20,000 nucleotides of DNA from an uncultured virus (IMG/VR IMGVR_UViG_3300035235_000742) (taxonomy: Duplodnaviria > Heunggongvirae > Uroviricota > Caudoviricetes > Crassvirales): IMG/VR virus record IMGVR_UViG_3300035235_000742; one strand, 5' to 3'. A program made the position numbers and the translations under genes. Of the stretch, positions 16,943 to 20,000 are shown in pieces (the stretch's first letter is position 1; each line of letters starts with the position of its first letter). A model generated the notes under the pieces. That model was not told the origin of the DNA. It worked only from the letters and a program-made list of their open reading frames with translations, and did no database searches.

Positions 16943-17145
16943 TGGTTTTAAAAAGAATAAAAGAAATAGGGAAGTATAGTGTATCACCACAAAATTTTAT
17001 TGTGTTTCATTTTAAAAAAACGCGATTTTGTTTTGCGGGTTCCCCCTTTTTCAGTGTAGAATTGCGTAATCGTTTGCCATTTCAATACGATATTGCGCAT
17101 ACCTTTTACGTATTTACTATGGGCCCCACTAACTACCTCAACACT

Positions 17146-17177
17146 TTACAGATTTAATACGATGTTAAATGGATAAT
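17146..17177 (+). promoter_or_regulatory. 32-bp promoter-like motif, copy 1
   Basis: TTACAGATTTAATACGATGTTAAATGGATAAT, 29 nt before ATG 17207. Confidence 0.75.
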
Positions 17178-17206
17178 AATAGTATAAACAAATAAATAAT
17201 TACAAT

Positions 17207-17455
17207 ATGATTAATAACTTAAAATATAATAAACTTAATTCAATTCTAAATGACAACTCTGAAATCCATTATATAATCGATTCATCAGAATTCTTTTCAG
17301 AAAATAATATTAATCCTTCTCAATTTAATAATAATAAATTTATCTTATTCGAATATACATCTCACTTACCAGAAACTATTCAACTATTAAACCAAAACAA
17401 TATTAACTATTCTATTCATACTGACGAATTAGACTTACAATATATAATAATCTAA
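17207..17455 (+). CDS. Hypothetical early protein (N/I-rich, acidic)
   Basis: 82-aa ORF directly after motif copy 1. Confidence 0.75.
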   Translation: MINNLKYNKLNSILNDNSEIHYIIDSSEFFSENNINPSQFNNNKFILFEYTSHLPETIQLLNQNNINYSIHTDELDLQYIII

Positions 17456-17568
17456 CTAACTAATACATATCACTCATTATAATAAACATCTGATATTCAG
17501 GGTAAATTATAGAGGAGTCACGCGATACACCTAACAACTAATAATAACTAATAAATAAAACTACACTT

Positions 17569-17600
17569 TTACAAACTAAATACGAACTAAAACGGATAAT
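17569..17600 (+). promoter_or_regulatory. 32-bp promoter-like motif, copy 2
   Basis: TTACAAACTAAATACGAACTAAAACGGATAAT, 31 nt before ATG 17632. Confidence 0.8.
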
Positions 17601-17631
17601 AATAATATAAACTAAATAACAAATATAAACT

Positions 17632-17874
17632 ATGAAAAATATAAATAATAACTTAACAACAAAAAGATTTGTAATAAGAAAATCTTTACTCGGTACTAAT
17701 ACAATAGTAACATTTACTAACAAAAAAGATATAACTTTTACTTATGATCACGACGAGATTTACTCAACATTTCAACAAAAGTTTGAAGAAATGGCTTGTT
17801 TTCAACAGTACAAATCTTATACAAATAGTAATACTGTTCCAAAATTCTGTAGAGAATTAAGTACTCAATCTTAA
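17632..17874 (+). CDS. Hypothetical early protein
   Basis: 80 aa, KRFVIRKSLLG...YDHD...YKSYTNSNTVP. Confidence 0.8.
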   Translation: MKNINNNLTTKRFVIRKSLLGTNTIVTFTNKKDITFTYDHDEIYSTFQQKFEEMACFQQYKSYTNSNTVPKFCRELSTQS

Positions 17875-17880
17875 AACTAA

Positions 17881-17986
17881 AAGTCGTAGTTGATAATTAT
17901 ACTTTAGCGACTCTAAACAATGTGAACATATAATTAAGTCTTAGTTGATAGTAATACTTTAGAGACTATAAATATAACGAACATAT
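17881..17986 (+). repeat. Two tandem 51-nt structured repeats (55-nt period), candidate ncRNA
   Basis: 17881-17931 and 17936-17986, 41/51 identical with no gaps; closing stems AGTCG/CGACT and AGTCT/AGACT show a compensatory change. Confidence 0.75.
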
Positions 17987-17997
17987 TACTCAACACA

Positions 17998-18045
17998 TAA
18001 CTGAAATGGTTGTAAGTGAGATTCGATTTCTCACTCAGTTACAAA
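17998..18045 (+). ncRNA. tRNA-like minihelix (acceptor-like stem plus T-arm, no anticodon arm)
   Basis: TAACTGA/TCAGTTA 7-bp stem; 11-nt linker AATGGTTGTAA; GTGAGA-TTCGATT-TCTCAC arm; 3' CAAA. Confidence 0.55.
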
Positions 18046-18070
18046 CTAAATACTATCCAAAGTGGATAAT
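18039..18070 (+). promoter_or_regulatory. 32-bp promoter-like motif, copy 3
   Basis: TTACAAACTAAATACTATCCAAAGTGGATAAT, 26 nt before ATG 18097. Confidence 0.8.
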
Positions 18071-18096
18071 ATAATAAACTAATAAATTAAATAACT

Positions 18097-18297
18097 ATGT
18101 ATAATTCAAATTCTCCTTCAAACTGGTCATGGAAAAAAGCTTTCGATGAAATGAACAAAACAGTAAATCAAGCTGAACTCACTCAGCAATCTATAAATCA
18201 CGTACTCAATTATCCTGGTGAAGCTAATGGTGTCTTTATGACACTAAGTAAATCACAACAAGATGATGTTTACGATATACTAAATCAAATATTATGA
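18097..18297 (+). CDS. Hypothetical early protein
   Basis: 66-aa ORF after motif copy 3; ATGA overlap with next ORF. Confidence 0.75.
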   Translation: MYNSNSPSNWSWKKAFDEMNKTVNQAELTQQSINHVLNYPGEANGVFMTLSKSQQDDVYDILNQIL

Positions 18298-18428
18298 CTC
18301 ATAACTTAAATACTACAATAGATAAAATAGCTTTATCTGAATTCAATACTCACTATGCTCAATTAGGTAATAATGAAAAACAGTGGTGTCATGATGAAAT
18401 GATAAACAATGATAAATGGTTAAAATAA
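18294..18428 (+). CDS. Small hypothetical protein (not in ORF track)
   Basis: 44 aa: MTHNLNTTIDKIALSEFNTHYAQLGNNEKQWCHDEMINNDKWLK. Confidence 0.7.
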   Translation: MTHNLNTTIDKIALSEFNTHYAQLGNNEKQWCHDEMINNDKWLK

Positions 18429-18434
18429 ATAAAT

Positions 18435-18536
18435 ATGAAAAAGAAAACAGATTTTACTACAGATGGATTTGAAGTACTAGGTTACTTTTTATTAACAGCA
18501 ATAACAGTAATATTACTTGCTTACATCACAAACTAA
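18435..18536 (+). CDS. Single-TM micropeptide (not in ORF track)
   Basis: 33 aa: MKKKTDFTTDGFEVLGYFLLTAITVILLAYITN. Confidence 0.6.
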   Translation: MKKKTDFTTDGFEVLGYFLLTAITVILLAYITN

Positions 18537-18557
18537 ATACGAATTAAAATGGATAAT
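18526..18557 (+). promoter_or_regulatory. 32-bp promoter-like motif, copy 4
   Basis: TCACAAACTAAATACGAATTAAAATGGATAAT, 6 nt before ATG 18564. Confidence 0.8.
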
Positions 18558-18563
18558 AATAAC

Positions 18564-18818
18564 ATGAAACATATACAAACAGAAAACTTAACAATAATAC
18601 TATATCCTAATAATGAAGGTGGTAAGTTACAAATCTTTAACAAACACCGTAGTCCTTATGGTTACTCACCTCGTTCACTTATTGTATCTCTGTATGGTGT
18701 AGAAACAAAACAGCTTACGTACAACTATGTACAACAAGAAGTAGACAAAGTGTATTCTACTTTCAACTACGATGAAATACACGAATTAATAAATAAAGTA
18801 AATAATGAAAATAAATAA
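18564..18818 (+). CDS. Hypothetical early protein
   Basis: Start re-assigned to ATG 18564 (MKHIQTE, 84 aa) because the track start at 18549 lies inside motif copy 4. Confidence 0.7.
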   Translation: MKHIQTENLTIILYPNNEGGKLQIFNKHRSPYGYSPRSLIVSLYGVETKQLTYNYVQQEVDKVYSTFNYDEIHELINKVNNENK

Positions 18819-18948
18819 TATAGCTCCAATAATATTTGGAATACTAATGACTATGTTGATAGTATTTGCAACATCTTGTAAAACTACACAAGATATAGTA
18901 CACAATCACACTCTTAAATATCCATGTCCAACTTTTAAAAACAAATAA
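18805..18948 (+). CDS. Small lipoprotein (not in ORF track)
   Basis: 47 aa: MKINNIAPIIFGILMTMLIVFATSCKTTQDIVHNHTLKYPCPTFKNK; signal peptide with lipobox-like ATS-C. Confidence 0.7.
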   Translation: MKINNIAPIIFGILMTMLIVFATSCKTTQDIVHNHTLKYPCPTFKNK

Positions 18949-19169
18949 TGAAACTAACTAACGAAGAAAAACTTAAAATTACTTGGAGAGTAGTTGACTC
19001 ACTATACGAAAAACTAGCTAACGAGCTAGAGTATGAACTTGAAGAACATAATGACTTCACAGAAACTAACGATGCTTACTTTTATTTATTCGATGAAATG
19101 ACTGTAAAGATAGTAAAGTATATGAGAAGTGAACTATTCTCTCCAAAAACTCATGAAGATTTGAAATAA
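18948..19169 (+). CDS. Acidic helical hypothetical protein
   Basis: 73 aa, E/D-rich core; TAATG coupling. Confidence 0.75.
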   Translation: MKLTNEEKLKITWRVVDSLYEKLANELEYELEEHNDFTETNDAYFYLFDEMTVKIVKYMRSELFSPKTHEDLK

Positions 19170-19170
19170 T

Positions 19171-19332
19171 ATGAATGATAAAGAAGCATTACAAAAAATA
19201 GTATATATTACTAATCATTATGTAAATAATACAGATTGGTGGAAAAGAGATAGAGAAGAATACATTGAAGAATTAATAAAATTCTTAGAAGAAAATGTAA
19301 TACATGGTGCAATGGATAATAACTATAAATAA
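19171..19332 (+). CDS. Small hypothetical protein (not in ORF track)
   Basis: 53 aa: MNDKEALQKIVYITNHYVNNTDWWKRDREEYIEELIKFLEENVIHGAMDNNYK. Confidence 0.7.
   Translation: MNDKEALQKIVYITNHYVNNTDWWKRDREEYIEELIKFLEENVIHGAMDNNYK
19289..19320 (+). promoter_or_regulatory. Degenerate sixth copy of the 32-bp motif
   Basis: AAGAAAATGTAATACATGGTGCAATGGATAAT keeps AATAC-N10-GGATAAT exactly; 20 nt before ATG 19341. Confidence 0.45.
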
Positions 19333-19340
19333 TAAACAAA

Positions 19341-19511
19341 ATGACAGAACAACAAGCAATTGAAGCAATCGCTAATGATATACAGGATGGTATCTACGGT
19401 TGGACACAAAAATGTGGAACAGAGTGGCAGAAGTGGACATACTCACTAATGCAAGCTAAGAAAATATATGAAGGTGATTTAATAATAGATTTAAGTATAG
19501 AAAATGAATAG
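19341..19511 (+). CDS. Small hypothetical protein (not in ORF track)
   Basis: 56 aa: MTEQQAIEAIANDIQDGIYGWTQKCGTEWQKWTYSLMQAKKIYEGDLIIDLSIENE. Confidence 0.7.
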   Translation: MTEQQAIEAIANDIQDGIYGWTQKCGTEWQKWTYSLMQAKKIYEGDLIIDLSIENE

Positions 19512-19701
19512 AGATAGAGAATGGGATTTTATGGAAGAACATAGAGAGCTAATGAAAACAGAAGATGAAAGATCTTTACTAGCAACTTTTGGAATAGTAG
19601 TTAGAGAACTAGCTATTAAATACCCTAATAACCAAGAATTAGGTGCAGAAGTAAGAAAATTAATACAAGATTACAAACTAAATACGAATACTAACGGATA
19701 A
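19504..19701 (+). CDS. Small hypothetical protein
   Basis: 65 aa with KYPNNQELGAEVRK. Confidence 0.75.
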   Translation: MNRDREWDFMEEHRELMKTEDERSLLATFGIVVRELAIKYPNNQELGAEVRKLIQDYKLNTNTNG

Positions 19702-19702
19702 T
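19671..19702 (+). promoter_or_regulatory. 32-bp promoter-like motif, copy 5
   Basis: TTACAAACTAAATACGAATACTAACGGATAAT, 6 nt before ATG 19709. Confidence 0.8.
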
Positions 19703-19708
19703 ATATAT

Positions 19709-19852
19709 ATGAAAACAATTAAATTTTACCCAAGCGACAGGTCACTAATCAATTTAGATGGCAAATTATTAAGAGGTTACACTATAGATAGTATACCAGA
19801 CAACATAAATTCATGGTTTAACTACAAAGGTTTAACTTACGTAACAAGTTGA
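19709..19852 (+). CDS. Small hypothetical protein (not in ORF track)
   Basis: 47 aa: MKTIKFYPSDRSLINLDGKLLRGYTIDSIPDNINSWFNYKGLTYVTS. Confidence 0.7.
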   Translation: MKTIKFYPSDRSLINLDGKLLRGYTIDSIPDNINSWFNYKGLTYVTS

Positions 19853-19866
19853 TATAAACCCAACTG

Positions 19867-19908
19867 ACGAAAATAATAGCTCATACTTAACCGGTATGGG
19901 CTTTTCGT
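19867..19908 (+). terminator. Stem-loop, possible intrinsic terminator or translational regulator
   Basis: AGCTCATAC-TTAACCG-GTATGGGCT (9 bp, one G-U) followed by TTT; extendable by ACGAAA/TTTCGT. Confidence 0.5.
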
Positions 19909-19911
19909 GGT

Positions 19912-20000
19912 ATGAAATGTAACCACAATATTCCACAAGCAAGATTAAATCTTGGCTATAAAGTATGTATCGATTGTAGTACAGTAGAAAAACTCGGCTG
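19912..20000 (+). CDS. DksA/TraR-type zinc-finger-like protein, partial
   Basis: MKCNHNIPQARLNLGYKVCIDCSTVEKLG...; IP..RL...CxxC matches the TraR/DksA finger but the first Cys pair is incomplete. Confidence 0.55.
   Translation, partial: MKCNHNIPQARLNLGYKVCIDCSTVEKLG

Noticed and set aside
16942..17157. 71-aa plus-strand ORF
   Set aside because: Starts in the inverted repeat, lies upstream of the first promoter motif and runs into it; no recognisable features.
17538..17723. 61-aa minus-strand ORF
   Set aside because: Antisense to motif copy 2 and the 17632 gene; low-complexity shadow.
17998..18045. Canonical tRNA gene
   Set aside because: Only 11 nt lie between the acceptor-like stem and the T-arm, so there is no D or anticodon arm, and no encoded CCA; kept as a tRNA-like element.
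17146..19702. 32-bp repeats as a CRISPR array
   Set aside because: Spacing is hundreds of bases and irregular, intervening DNA is coding, the repeat centre is variable, and no cas genes are present.
19864..19917. Hammerhead ribozyme (CTGACGA ... GAAA)
   Set aside because: Stem II does not close next to the core and no NUH site with proper stems I and III could be built.
1..20000. Stop-codon reassignment as in some crAss-like phages
   Set aside because: Genes tile densely under the standard code, with TAA, TGA and TAG all ending ORFs at sensible junctions.

Overview
AT-rich dsDNA tailed-phage DNA, most likely from a marine Bacteroidota (Flavobacteriia) phage. The host is inferred from A-rich, Shine-Dalgarno-less start regions and the gene families present. 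Bases 1-16822 are one tightly packed minus-strand late/morphogenesis block. In order of transcription it holds a beta-barrel-like protein, three large modular fibre proteins, phage-encoded GroEL and GroES, a winged-helix protein, holin-like/amidase/membrane coiled-coil lysis genes, a cluster of small basic proteins, an HExxH peptidase, a GTA-type holin, an RcGTA-like head-spike pair, two coiled-coil paralogues, a tandem GroES-like protein and probable terminase genes. After a divergent non-coding region (16823-17206), the plus strand carries tiny early-type ORFs. They are preceded by five ungapped copies of one 32-bp promoter-like motif, plus a degenerate sixth; two copies appear to drive leaderless mRNAs. 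An intergenic gap at 17875-18045 holds two tandem covarying hairpins and a tRNA-elbow-like minihelix. Family assignments come from motif recognition by eye; no searches were run.
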